From a candidate division WOR-3 bacterium (GTDB taxonomy: Bacteria > Hydrothermota > 32-111): a DNA stretch of 64,000 nucleotides. Location of the stretch: contig JBBFKX010000002.1 of NCBI GenBank assembly GCA_037481815.1, positions 32,001-96,000 of the forward strand. Direction: 5' to 3'. The notes under the pieces are model-generated. The model was not told where the DNA came from. It ran no database searches and saw nothing but the letters and a program-made list of their open reading frames with translations. Every line of letters starts with the position of its first letter. Positions within the stretch are counted from its first letter, which is position 1. Both the position numbers and the translations under genes were made by a program. This document shows, piece by piece, positions 20,557-30,101 of the stretch.

Positions 20557-21547
20557 AAACAGGATAATAAAGAAGGGGGATATTTTTATCATCGCTGAAG
20601 GAGGGGTTAACCATAACGGTGACATGAATCTAGCAAAAGAACTTATCGTTAAAGCGAAAGAGGCAGGAGCTGATGCTATAAAGTTTCAAACATATAAAAC
20701 AGAAAAGTTGATAATAAAAAACAAAAAAACAGAGAACTTTTTTAATATGATAAAAAGATTGGAACTCTCTGAAGAAGATTTTATAAAATTAAAGGATTTC
20801 GCAATAAAAAATGATATAATCTTTCTTTCAACACCAGATGAGGAAGATTCTTTAAATTTCCTGCTCTCATTAAATCTTCCTGCTATAAAAATAGGTTCAG
20901 GTGAAGCAAACAATATCGATTTTCTCATAAAAGTTGCAAAAACGAAAAAAGTAGTTTTGATATCAACAGGATGCTGTAACGAAGAAGAAATCGATAGAAT
21001 CTATCAAACCGTATACCCTTTGAATAAAAAGATGATACTTATGCATTGTATTTCAGAATACCCTGCTAAGATAGAATCTTTAAACCTTCAATTTATAAAA
21101 AAAATGATAAAAAAATATAATTGCCCGATTGGATTTTCTGATCACACTACTTCCATATTTACTCCATCGATTGCATACATACTTGGGGCAACAGTTATTG
21201 AAAAACATTTTACGCTTGATAAAAATCTTCCAGGACCAGACCATTCATCTTCTCTTGATGTTGGTGAATTCAAAAGTATGGTTAACTTGATTTATGAAAC
21301 AAAGGAAGCACTCGGTAAAGATATAAGGAAGATAACTGAAAGCGAGGACAGGATGAGAAAGTTCATAAGAAAATCTCTTTTTTCCAAAAGTGAGATAAAA
21401 AAAGGTGAAACCTTAACAAAAGAAAATACAATCCTTTTAAGACCAGAAATAGGGATAAGGGCTGATCAGGCAACAAAAGTTTATGGAAAAAGGATAAAAA
21501 TTAAAAAAAATAAATTTAAACCAATATTTTCAAATGAGATAGATTAG
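20540..21547 (+). CDS. neuB: Nonulosonic acid synthase (NeuB/LegI/PseI family)
   Basis: IIAEGGVNHNGD, ADAIKFQ, KIGSGE, HCISEYP, GFSDHT, IEKHFTLD, C-terminal SAF/AFP-like domain; start 20540 after AGGAG. Confidence 0.9.
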   Translation: MVIKIKNRIIKKGDIFIIAEGGVNHNGDMNLAKELIVKAKEAGADAIKFQTYKTEKLIIKNKKTENFFNMIKRLELSEEDFIKLKDFAIKNDIIFLSTPDEEDSLNFLLSLNLPAIKIGSGEANNIDFLIKVAKTKKVVLISTGCCNEEEIDRIYQTVYPLNKKMILMHCISEYPAKIESLNLQFIKKMIKKYNCPIGFSDHTTSIFTPSIAYILGATVIEKHFTLDKNLPGPDHSSSLDVGEFKSMVNLIYETKEALGKDIRKITESEDRMRKFIRKSLFSKSEIKKGETLTKENTILLRPEIGIRADQATKVYGKRIKIKKNKFKPIFSNEID

Positions 21548-21702
21548 AAGATGGTGTATATGAATGGAGAAATTGTTGTTGATGTGAATAAAAAGATCAA
21601 TAAACCTAAAAGTAAAATTATGATAATAAGAGGGAGTAACCAGTATTTTTTCTTTTTCAACAAAAATTTCATCAAAGATTTCAGAGTTTTTAAAAATCCC
21701 AT
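21544..21702 (-). CDS. SxtK/DUF5989-like small membrane protein (52 aa; absent from ORF track)
   Basis: Translated by hand: MGFLKTLKSLMKFLLKKKKYWLLPLIIIILLLGLLIFLFTSTTISPFIYTIF; KKYWLLP and PFIYTIF are family hallmarks; abuts the SxtJ-like gene. Confidence 0.85.
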   Translation of the reverse strand: MGFLKTLKSLMKFLLKKKKYWLLPLIIIILLLGLLIFLFTSTTISPFIYTIF

Positions 21703-22065
21703 TTAGAACGGCTCCTCAATATCAAATTCATCTTCCACATATTTGTTGTAATACGAACTCTCTTGTTTTTTTATATTCTTATAAAACCTTTTATCCATAA
21801 TGTAAAGTATCGGCTTAAACATTAAAAAAATTATATAATAGATTATAACTACTATCAATACTGTAAAAAGAAATGCAACAAACAAAAAGAGTTTATCCAA
21901 CAATTTTTTAGCAATAAATAATTTTTTCGGTAAAAATATTAAAAATAAGAGTGAAACCACTGTTAATGAAAAGAAAAAAATTTTCAGTAATCCAAATTTT
22001 CTAAAGATAAAGGTTAACATTAAAAATATTAAAACTACCTGAACGGATTTTAACCTTTCAATCAT
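21703..22065 (-). CDS. SxtJ-like membrane protein
   Basis: Hydrophobic 3-TM protein ending EEPF, between carbamoyltransferase and SxtK-like gene; ATG 22065 overlaps the upstream gene end. Confidence 0.6.
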   Translation of the reverse strand: MIERLKSVQVVLIFLMLTFIFRKFGLLKIFFFSLTVVSLLFLIFLPKKLFIAKKLLDKLFLFVAFLFTVLIVVIIYYIIFLMFKPILYIMDKRFYKNIKKQESSYYNKYVEDEFDIEEPF

Positions 22066-23848
22066 TCCTTTTTTCAATTTTAAAATCTCCCTTTTTTCTT
22101 ACCTGTTCTTCTTTTCGTAACAGAAAATTACCAATTATTAAAACATCTATATCGGTTTCGATGAAAGTTTTAAAAGCATCTTCAGGATTTTCAACTATCG
22201 GCTGTCCCCTTACATTGAAGGATGTGTTTATGACCATAGGACATCCTGTCCTTTCATAAAAATTATAGATTAGCGAATAAAACAGTGGGTTACTCTCTTT
22301 GCTCACAAGTTGAACTCTTGAAGTAAAATCTGAATGGACCACAGATGGGAACTGTGTGATACTTTTCCTAAGAATTTTAAAATCATGTGTGATAAACTCT
22401 TCAGTGTTTTTAAAATCATCTTTAATTTCACATACTGTTAACATATAATGAGTGGGATAACCCTTTTTAAAAATCAGTTCATATTTATCTTCGAGAACAG
22501 CAGGTGCAAGTGGCCTGAAAGATTCTCTGAACTTAATCTTCATGTTCATTATTTTTTGCATTTCAGGATCCGTTGGATCACCTAAAATACTTCTATTTCC
22601 TAAAGCTCTTGGCCCATACTCCATTTTCCCCTGAAACCATCCAACAACTTTTTTCTTGAGTATCTCTTCACAACCAATAACATCAGGATTGGTTATTTTT
22701 TTGTAAACACCATTTAATCTTTTTAAACTTTCCTCGATCTCATGATCTGAATATTCTGTTCCAAGAAAAGAATAATTCTGACAACCCCTGATATTCAAAT
22801 TATAATATCTGTTCGCAACATACAAAGCGGCTCCAAGTGAACCACCAGCATCCCCTGATGCAGGTTGAATAAAAAATTTTTCAGGTTTATAAGATTCTAA
22901 AACTTTAGAATTCGCAACACAGTTTAAACCAACCCCTCCCCCGATTATCAAGTTTTTTTCTTTCGTTTCACTTTTCAACTTTAAAGCCATTTTTATAAGA
23001 ATCTCCTCTAAAACCTTCTGAACAGAAGCAGCAATGTCTGCATACACTTCGTTTAAAGGTTGTTCTTCTTTTCTAATCTTTATTCCAAAAAGTTTTTCCA
23101 TCTGTTTCCCACACATCTGTAAACCATTCTGGAAATCAAAAAATTTCAAATTCAATCTGTAAGATCCATCATCTTTGATATCTATCAAATTCTCTTTTAT
23201 CAGAGAAACATACCGTGGAACACCATAGGGGGCAAGCCCCATCAATTTGTATTCACCTGAATTAACTTTAAATCCAGTAAAATAGGTAAATGTTGAATAA
23301 AACATCCCTAAAGAATGCGGATAATCTATAGAATATAGGATCTTTATGCTTTTATCATCAACAACTCCAAGAGTTGTTGTTTCCCATTCTCCAACACCAT
23401 CGTTTACCATAAATGCTGCTCTTTCAAGATCAGATGGATAGAAGGAAGAAGATATGTGTGAAACATGATGTGGAACATAGAATATTTTATAATTCCCCTT
23501 AATCAATTTTCTTAATTTAGATTCAGTATAAAGTTTATCTTTAATCCACAACGGTAAAGAAGTGAAAGCAAACTCAAAATTTTTCGGCGTCGAATAAATC
23601 AGATTTTCAATTATTCTTTCAAATTTCAAAATCGGTTTATCATAGAAAACAATTGCTTTCAGATTTCCAGGATCAAAATCGAACTTTTTTTTAAGAATCT
23701 CTATTGATAACTCTGGTAACCTTTCATCAAATTTTATTTTAGAAAACCTTTCTTCCTGAAGAGCAGCAATAACCTTACCTTTTTTTATGTACGTTACAGA
23801 CGAATCGTGAAACAATGCCGAAATTCCTAAAATTTCTATTTCACTCAT
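22058..23848 (-). CDS. O-carbamoyltransferase (NodU/CmcH/SxtI family)
   Basis: FHDSS, QEERF, HHVSH, DGVGE, GEYKLMGLAPYG, EYGPRALGNRS, KFRESFRPLAP, NTSFN. Confidence 0.92.
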   Translation of the reverse strand: MSEIEILGISALFHDSSVTYIKKGKVIAALQEERFSKIKFDERLPELSIEILKKKFDFDPGNLKAIVFYDKPILKFERIIENLIYSTPKNFEFAFTSLPLWIKDKLYTESKLRKLIKGNYKIFYVPHHVSHISSSFYPSDLERAAFMVNDGVGEWETTTLGVVDDKSIKILYSIDYPHSLGMFYSTFTYFTGFKVNSGEYKLMGLAPYGVPRYVSLIKENLIDIKDDGSYRLNLKFFDFQNGLQMCGKQMEKLFGIKIRKEEQPLNEVYADIAASVQKVLEEILIKMALKLKSETKEKNLIIGGGVGLNCVANSKVLESYKPEKFFIQPASGDAGGSLGAALYVANRYYNLNIRGCQNYSFLGTEYSDHEIEESLKRLNGVYKKITNPDVIGCEEILKKKVVGWFQGKMEYGPRALGNRSILGDPTDPEMQKIMNMKIKFRESFRPLAPAVLEDKYELIFKKGYPTHYMLTVCEIKDDFKNTEEFITHDFKILRKSITQFPSVVHSDFTSRVQLVSKESNPLFYSLIYNFYERTGCPMVINTSFNVRGQPIVENPEDAFKTFIETDIDVLIIGNFLLRKEEQVRKKGDFKIEKRND

Positions 23849-25703
23849 ATTTGAAATCTTTAATATACGATTTTAAAATTTGACGAACATTACCTTCAGA
23901 ATTTGTGAAATCATCAACCATTTTTTCAATTTTATCATTCTCTAACTTCTCCACTAAAAGAATTTTAAAGATCTTATCAAACCTTGTTTTTTCTATCTGT
24001 TCCTCTTCTCTATACAGTTCCTCATAAAGTTTTTCTCCTTTTCTTATTCCAGTATAAACTATCTTTATATCCTTATGGGGAACATAACCATACATTCTTA
24101 TAATGTTCTCTGCAATATCATTTATTTTTACGGGTTTCCCCATATCGAGCATAAATGTTTCCCCACCTTCTCCAATACCTGCTGCTTCGAGACAAAGTGT
24201 TACCGCTTCCGCAATCGTCATAAAATATCTTGTCATATTTTTATCTGTTACCGTAACTGGCCCCCCGTTTTTTATCTGTTCTTCAAAAATTGGAATAACA
24301 CTTCCCCTTGATCCAAGAACATTTCCAAATCTTACAGCGAAGTATTTTGTCAGAGGATCTTTCTGAGAAACAACAAGCATTTCTCCAATCCTTTTTGTAG
24401 CACCCATTATCGAAGATGGTTTAACAGCTTTATCAGTTGATATATAAAGAAATCTTTTAACCTTCCCTTTCGATGCTTTAATTAGATTGAAAGTTCCTAA
24501 AATATTTGTTTTTACAGATTCATAAGGGAATTCTTCACATATTGGGACATGTTTTAAAGCTGCAGCATGAAAGATGATGGATATTTTTTCTTTTTCAATA
24601 ACCTTTACCATATCTGAAAAATTCCTGATATCAGCAAGAACTATTTTTATATCTTTTGAATATCTCTGCTTCATTCTTTCCTTAAGATAAAAAAGTTCAG
24701 TTTCGTTTATATCAAGTGCATACACATTTGCAGCTTTAAATTTAACAACCTGGTTTATAATCTCACTACCGATCGATCCAGCAGCACCTGTAACAAGTAC
24801 ATTCTCTCCATCAAGATAACTGCCTATCAATCCAAGATCATATGAAACCTTTTCTCTCCCCAAAAGGTCTGTAATGTCTATATTTCGTACATCTTTTGAA
24901 GATACTTTCCCATCAACAATACTATCAACCGATGGAAGAACTTTTATTTCTTTACATCCACTTTTTTCCAAATTTCTGTATATCTTCTGTAAATTTTCTC
25001 TATCAAGAGATGGTATCGCTATCAGTACAGTGTAACAATCGTTCTCCTTCATTACACTTTTTAAAATCTCGCTCCCACCAACAACCTTTAATCCATGAAT
25101 CCTGTTTCCTTTTTTCTTTGGATCATCATCAATGAATAGGATAGGATTGTACTCACTTTTTCTTGAAAGCATATCCCTTACAATCTGTTCACCAGCATCC
25201 CCTGCACCATAGATAATAATTTTTTTCCTTTTTTCCATCTCCCTTCGACCTTCAAAAGAGAGCAAAAACCTTTTTAAACTTCTCAAAGTCAAAAGAAACC
25301 AGAGTGAGAAGAAATAATCAAGAAAAAAAACCGATCTAGGTAAAAAGGAAAGAATTTGATTCTTCAAAAAGAATAGAGATATGTAAAAGGAAATAAACTG
25401 TGAAAAAGTCAGTGCGATTCCAAGTTTTATAGCATCCTTAAAAGAAAAATACCTCCAGTTGAAAGAATATATATCAAAAATAAACAGAAAAAAAATTTTG
25501 GAAACAATAAAAATTGGAAGGAAGTTTTTATAGAGTTTAAAATTTAAAAAGACCTCCGTTATACTGAATCTGATACTGAATGAAAGAAAATATGATAATG
25601 TGAAAAGAAACAGATCAAACAGAACAAAAAAAATTATTCTTTTCAGATAACTAGGTTTAAACAGATCTTCTTTCAAAAAATTCTTTAATCTTTTTATAAA
25701 CAT
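23841..25703 (-). CDS. Membrane UDP-GlcNAc 4,6-dehydratase (PglF/WbpM/CapD type)
   Basis: N-terminal TMs, GAGDAG, TGAAGSIGSE, HAAALKHVP, STDKAV, MGATK, RFGNVLGSRGSV, GEKLYEEL; start moved to 25703 after GGAG. Confidence 0.92.
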   Translation of the reverse strand: MFIKRLKNFLKEDLFKPSYLKRIIFFVLFDLFLFTLSYFLSFSIRFSITEVFLNFKLYKNFLPIFIVSKIFFLFIFDIYSFNWRYFSFKDAIKLGIALTFSQFISFYISLFFLKNQILSFLPRSVFFLDYFFSLWFLLTLRSLKRFLLSFEGRREMEKRKKIIIYGAGDAGEQIVRDMLSRKSEYNPILFIDDDPKKKGNRIHGLKVVGGSEILKSVMKENDCYTVLIAIPSLDRENLQKIYRNLEKSGCKEIKVLPSVDSIVDGKVSSKDVRNIDITDLLGREKVSYDLGLIGSYLDGENVLVTGAAGSIGSEIINQVVKFKAANVYALDINETELFYLKERMKQRYSKDIKIVLADIRNFSDMVKVIEKEKISIIFHAAALKHVPICEEFPYESVKTNILGTFNLIKASKGKVKRFLYISTDKAVKPSSIMGATKRIGEMLVVSQKDPLTKYFAVRFGNVLGSRGSVIPIFEEQIKNGGPVTVTDKNMTRYFMTIAEAVTLCLEAAGIGEGGETFMLDMGKPVKINDIAENIIRMYGYVPHKDIKIVYTGIRKGEKLYEELYREEEQIEKTRFDKIFKILLVEKLENDKIEKMVDDFTNSEGNVRQILKSYIKDFKYE

Positions 25704-26817
25704 ATTTCTGCTCCATAACAGAGAGTCCAGTAAAAAATGGAATAGCAACAAGTTCATCAGATATTTTTTCAGTTACAGGGAAATCTCCATTTTTAAAACC
25801 AAAAATTTTTTTATAGAAGGGTTGAAGGTGTATTGGATAAAAATACCTTTTTGAAGATATTCCACTTTTATTTAAAAATTCTATTAACTCGTTTCTAATC
25901 TTTTTATCCACAAATATATAAAATAAAAACCATGAATTCTTTTGCCCTTCAATCAAAGAAGGCAACTTTATCTCCTTTATTCTATTCAACAACTCCATAT
26001 ATCTTTTCGCAACATTCTCTCTTCTTTTTAAAATTTCTTCCAGATTTTCCATCTGTGCCAAGCCAATAGCTGAATTTATATCACTAACCCTGAAATTGTA
26101 TCCAAGATATCTATGTATAAAGTTCGGGTCACCTTCCATCCTTCCCTGATTTCTTAACGCTTTAAGATAAAGATAGAGTTTTTTATCATCGGTTACAATC
26201 ATTCCACCTTCACCTGTTGTAATCTGCTTATTCGGATAGAAAGCGAAAACTGCCCCCCTCCCAAAAATACCAGATTTTTTACCTTTAAATTCACTCCCAA
26301 GCGATTCTGACGAATCCTCAAACAATAAAAGATTGTAATCGTTACATAACTCTTCGATCTTTTGATAATCACACAGATTCCCAAGAATGTCTACCGAGAG
26401 GATACCTTTTAAAATTTTTCCATTTTTTTTGTTCACAATTTTTTTGCCCTTTTTTTTATAATCACTTTTTATCTTCCTTTCGATCAGATCAGGAGAAATA
26501 CACAAACTCTTTTCATCTATATCGACAAAAACCGGACTTGCATTACAGTACAAAATCGAATTTGCAGATGCTATGAATGAAAAAGGGGTTGTAATTATTT
26601 CATCGTTACTTTGAATTCCAGCTGCTTTTAAAAGTAGGAAGAGTCCAGCGGTTCCAGATGATACCATAACGGCATATTTTCTACCAACATAATCTTTAAA
26701 TATGTTCTCAAATTTCTCTGTATATTCCCCCATGCTGAGTTTTTCAGATTTAAGCAGAAAATCCACATACTTTTTTTCATTACCTTTAAAATACAAACCA
26801 GATAATGGAATCTTCAT
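25657..26817 (-). CDS. DegT/DnrJ/EryC1/StrS sugar aminotransferase
   Basis: SSGTAGL, FSFIASAN, EDSSE, FYPNKQITTGEGG, GYNFR. Confidence 0.92.
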   Translation of the reverse strand: MKIPLSGLYFKGNEKKYVDFLLKSEKLSMGEYTEKFENIFKDYVGRKYAVMVSSGTAGLFLLLKAAGIQSNDEIITTPFSFIASANSILYCNASPVFVDIDEKSLCISPDLIERKIKSDYKKKGKKIVNKKNGKILKGILSVDILGNLCDYQKIEELCNDYNLLLFEDSSESLGSEFKGKKSGIFGRGAVFAFYPNKQITTGEGGMIVTDDKKLYLYLKALRNQGRMEGDPNFIHRYLGYNFRVSDINSAIGLAQMENLEEILKRRENVAKRYMELLNRIKEIKLPSLIEGQKNSWFLFYIFVDKKIRNELIEFLNKSGISSKRYFYPIHLQPFYKKIFGFKNGDFPVTEKISDELVAIPFFTGLSVMEQKYVYKKIKEFFERRSV

Positions 26818-26818
26818 A

Positions 26819-27844
26819 TCATTTCTTTTTCAAAAAGATTTTTCTTCCTTTCCTTGATGCATCATATATAGCCATAATAAGTTCAAGAGATTTCCTTCCC
26901 TCTAAACCATCAGTCAACGGCACACTATCCTTTTCAAGTGAGTTTAAAACATTCTCATAATATGCAAAATGTCCTTCACCGTAAACATTCTTTGGAACAT
27001 AGTTAACCTTTTCAATCATAGCATCGTCATCATCATATTTTTCGAATTCCCATTTTTCAATCCTGTTCAGAGCTGTTCCCCCGATTTTGACTGTCCCTTT
27101 TTCACCGATAACCGTGATCGAACCTTCATAGTTTCTTGGATAGGTTAGCATCGTTACCTGTATAACACCCAAAGCTCCATTTTTATATCTTAAAACTGCT
27201 CCACCTGTATCCTCTGTTTCTATCTTTCGTGCGAGTCGTGCAGTTATTGAAACAACTTCTTTAACTTCTCCACCGAGCCAGACCATAAGATCAACATAAT
27301 GGGATGCCTGATTCAAAAAAGCACCACCATCATACTTCCATGTCCCTCTCCACTTTGCCTGTTCATAATACTCTTGTGGCCTATTCCAGTATACGGTTGT
27401 ATTTATAAAATATATTCTTTCAAACCTGTTTTTTTCAATTGCACTTTTTAAAAGTTGAACAGTTGGGTTTAATCTGTTCTGTTTAACAACAAAAAGTTTG
27501 ACTTTATTTTTTTTACATTCATTTATAAGTTGATCGGCATCCTTGAGATTTACAGCCATCGGTTTTTCGGTTAGAACATTTATTTTTCTTCTTGCTGCCA
27601 TCATACCATGAATCGGATGTAATCCTGAAGGAGTACAGATAGATAAAAGGTCAAGTTCCTCATTTGAAAGCATATCTTCGAGATTTTTGTAGTATGGTAC
27701 ATCAAACCTTTCAGCTGATCTTTTTGCTTTTTCTAAAACTATATCGCACACAGCAACAAGTTTTATTCTTTCATTGAATTTTTCATATACCTCAAAATGT
27801 TTTTCAGATATTCTGCCACATCCAACAAGCCCAACTCTTATCAT
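26819..27844 (-). CDS. Gfo/Idh/MocA oxidoreductase, WbpB/WlbA-like (UDP-GlcNAcA 3-dehydrogenase)
   Basis: GCGRIS, TPSGLH, EKPMA, VKQNRLNPT, WNRPQEYY, DGGAFLNQASHYVD. Confidence 0.85.
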   Translation of the reverse strand: MIRVGLVGCGRISEKHFEVYEKFNERIKLVAVCDIVLEKAKRSAERFDVPYYKNLEDMLSNEELDLLSICTPSGLHPIHGMMAARRKINVLTEKPMAVNLKDADQLINECKKNKVKLFVVKQNRLNPTVQLLKSAIEKNRFERIYFINTTVYWNRPQEYYEQAKWRGTWKYDGGAFLNQASHYVDLMVWLGGEVKEVVSITARLARKIETEDTGGAVLRYKNGALGVIQVTMLTYPRNYEGSITVIGEKGTVKIGGTALNRIEKWEFEKYDDDDAMIEKVNYVPKNVYGEGHFAYYENVLNSLEKDSVPLTDGLEGRKSLELIMAIYDASRKGRKIFLKKK

Positions 27845-28785
27845 ATAACACCTCTAAAATATTGTATCGTTTTAGAGAGCCCTAATTCAATGGGAACACC
27901 ATTCTTGTATCTTAAAACTTTCCTTGCAAGTGTTAGATCAGGTTTTCTCTTAACAGGGTCATCAGCAGGCAAATCTTTAAAAACTATCTTTGATTTTGAT
28001 TTTGTTAATTTTATAATCGTTTGTGCTAAATCGATAATCTTGATCTCTTCATCTGAACCAAGGTTTACAGGGCCTGTAAAGTTAGGTTCACTATCGCTTA
28101 ATTTTATAATACCCTCTATAAGATCATCTATATAACAAAAAGATCTTGTTTGTGTCCCATCTCCATAAACAGTTATATCACGATTTCCAAGGGCCTGGAC
28201 GATAAAATTTGAAACAACTCTACCATCATCTTTTGACATATATTCTCCATAGGTGTTGAATATTCTACAAACTTTTACTTCAATATTAAAATTTCTATAA
28301 TATTCAAAAGTTAAAGTTTCAGCCACCCTTTTTCCTTCATCATAACAAGCCCTAACACCTATAGGGTTTACATTCCCCCAATAATTTTCATTCTGTGGGT
28401 GCACCAGTGGATCTCCGTATATTTCAGATGTTGAACTTAGAATAAACTTTGAACCAGTTTTTTTTGCAACCTCAAGCATATTCATTGTTCCTATAAAATT
28501 TGTTTTCAAAGTTTCCAGAGGATATTTTTGATAAAATTTTGGGGAAGCCATTGAAGCAAGATGAAAAATTTTTTTTATGTCCCTGTATTCTATCTGTATT
28601 TTTTTAGAAACATCTTTTTTAAAAAATTCAAAATTTTTAAACTTTTTTAAAATTTTTAAATTTTCAAGTGAACCAGAGGAAAGGTTATCAATTCCTAAAA
28701 CTCTCTCTCCTCTTTTCAACAGGTATAACGAAAGATTTGTTCCAATAAAACCAGCACAACCAGTTATCAAGTTTATTTTTACCAT
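27841..28785 (-). CDS. UDP-glucuronate decarboxylase (UDP-xylose synthase family)
   Basis: GCAGFIG, ASP, STSEIYGDP..HPQ.E.YWGNVNPIGVRACYDEGKR, DDGRVVSNF. Confidence 0.9.
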   Translation of the reverse strand: MVKINLITGCAGFIGTNLSLYLLKRGERVLGIDNLSSGSLENLKILKKFKNFEFFKKDVSKKIQIEYRDIKKIFHLASMASPKFYQKYPLETLKTNFIGTMNMLEVAKKTGSKFILSSTSEIYGDPLVHPQNENYWGNVNPIGVRACYDEGKRVAETLTFEYYRNFNIEVKVCRIFNTYGEYMSKDDGRVVSNFIVQALGNRDITVYGDGTQTRSFCYIDDLIEGIIKLSDSEPNFTGPVNLGSDEEIKIIDLAQTIIKLTKSKSKIVFKDLPADDPVKRKPDLTLARKVLRYKNGVPIELGLSKTIQYFRGVI

Positions 28786-30101
28786 CCGATCCCTTTATAG
28801 TTTTTCGAACTTTTCTTTTCAGGGAAAATGTTCACAAGATCTACGACTATAAGTTCCTTTTTGTTATATGAGTTCAACAATTCTCTGTAAGAGTTGTCTC
28901 TATTGGCAACAACAACGAGTTCTACATTATCCAGAAATTTTTGTGGATCCTCTACAAGAATTTCAGAAATATGTTTTATCTCTCTTTCAATATATTCTTT
29001 ATTGGAACCAACCAGTTTTGAAAGTTTTACATTTTCATCATATATTAAAACATTTTTACCTTTACCTAAAAGTTTCTCAACAAGAACAACCGATGGAGAT
29101 TCTCTTAAATCATCTGTCCCACTTTTAAATGTTATACCCATCACTCCAATTCTATTTACCTTTTCTTTTAAGATTAAATCAAAAGCCCAATCGATATGAA
29201 GATCGTTGGAATCCATTATATTTTCGATTATAGGTAAAGATAATCCATTCCTTTTGGATTCATAAGACAAAGCTCTTACATCCTTCGGTAAACATGAACC
29301 ACCGAATGCGAATCCTGGTTTTAAATAATATTCAGATATATTTAGTTTTCTATCCATAAGGAAAAGTTCCATCACTTCTCTGCTATCGATCCCTTTCTTT
29401 TTACATATTCTTGCGATTTCATTAGCGAAACCAACTTTTAACCCATGAAAGGTGTTGTTAACATATTTAAGCATTTCAGCAGTTTTTATAGATGTTACGA
29501 TAAATGGCGCTTCAAGAAATGAATACATCTGTCTTATTATCCTTTCACTCGCCTCACATTCACAACCTATAAGAGTATAAGGAGGGTTATAGAAATCGTT
29601 TACAGCATTACCTTCCCTTAAGAATTCAGGATTTGACAGAACATCAAAATCTTTTTTCCTTTTCTTTCCACTTATACTCTGGACTATCTCGGCATACTTA
29701 TCAACGGTTCCGGGCATCGATGTTGACCTTATGAGTATAAGGTACTCTCTTTCAAAATTTTCCTTTTTCCTCAAAGCATCACCTATCTGTTGGGCAGTTT
29801 TAAAAATGTATGAAAGATCAACCTCTCCAGTTTCTGAAGACGGAGTTCCTACACAGATCAATGCGATATTGGTATTCTTAACCGCATACTCAAAATCATC
29901 TGTTGCCTCAAGATTCCCGGCTTTTACAACTTTTGATACTATCTCATTGATATAGGGTTCAACTATAGGGGATCTTCCATTGTTGACTTCAGAGATTTTT
30001 ATATCGTTTATCTCAACCCCTATAACTTTGTATCCCTGCTCTGCCAAACATGCAGCGGATATTATACCAACATAACCCAAACCAAAAACAGCGATCTTCA
30101 T
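28779..30101 (-). CDS. Nucleotide-sugar 6-dehydrogenase (GDP-mannose/UDP-glucose DH, AlgD-like)
   Basis: GLGYVG, CVGTPS, NPEFLREG, GFAFGGSCLPKD, DDLRESP. Confidence 0.9.
   Translation of the reverse strand: MKIAVFGLGYVGIISAACLAEQGYKVIGVEINDIKISEVNNGRSPIVEPYINEIVSKVVKAGNLEATDDFEYAVKNTNIALICVGTPSSETGEVDLSYIFKTAQQIGDALRKKENFEREYLILIRSTSMPGTVDKYAEIVQSISGKKRKKDFDVLSNPEFLREGNAVNDFYNPPYTLIGCECEASERIIRQMYSFLEAPFIVTSIKTAEMLKYVNNTFHGLKVGFANEIARICKKKGIDSREVMELFLMDRKLNISEYYLKPGFAFGGSCLPKDVRALSYESKRNGLSLPIIENIMDSNDLHIDWAFDLILKEKVNRIGVMGITFKSGTDDLRESPSVVLVEKLLGKGKNVLIYDENVKLSKLVGSNKEYIEREIKHISEILVEDPQKFLDNVELVVVANRDNSYRELLNSYNKKELIVVDLVNIFPEKKSSKNYKGIGW

Noticed and set aside
22058..23848. Saxitoxin biosynthesis
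   Set aside because: No sxtA/G/B-type core genes; context is nucleotide-sugar biosynthesis.
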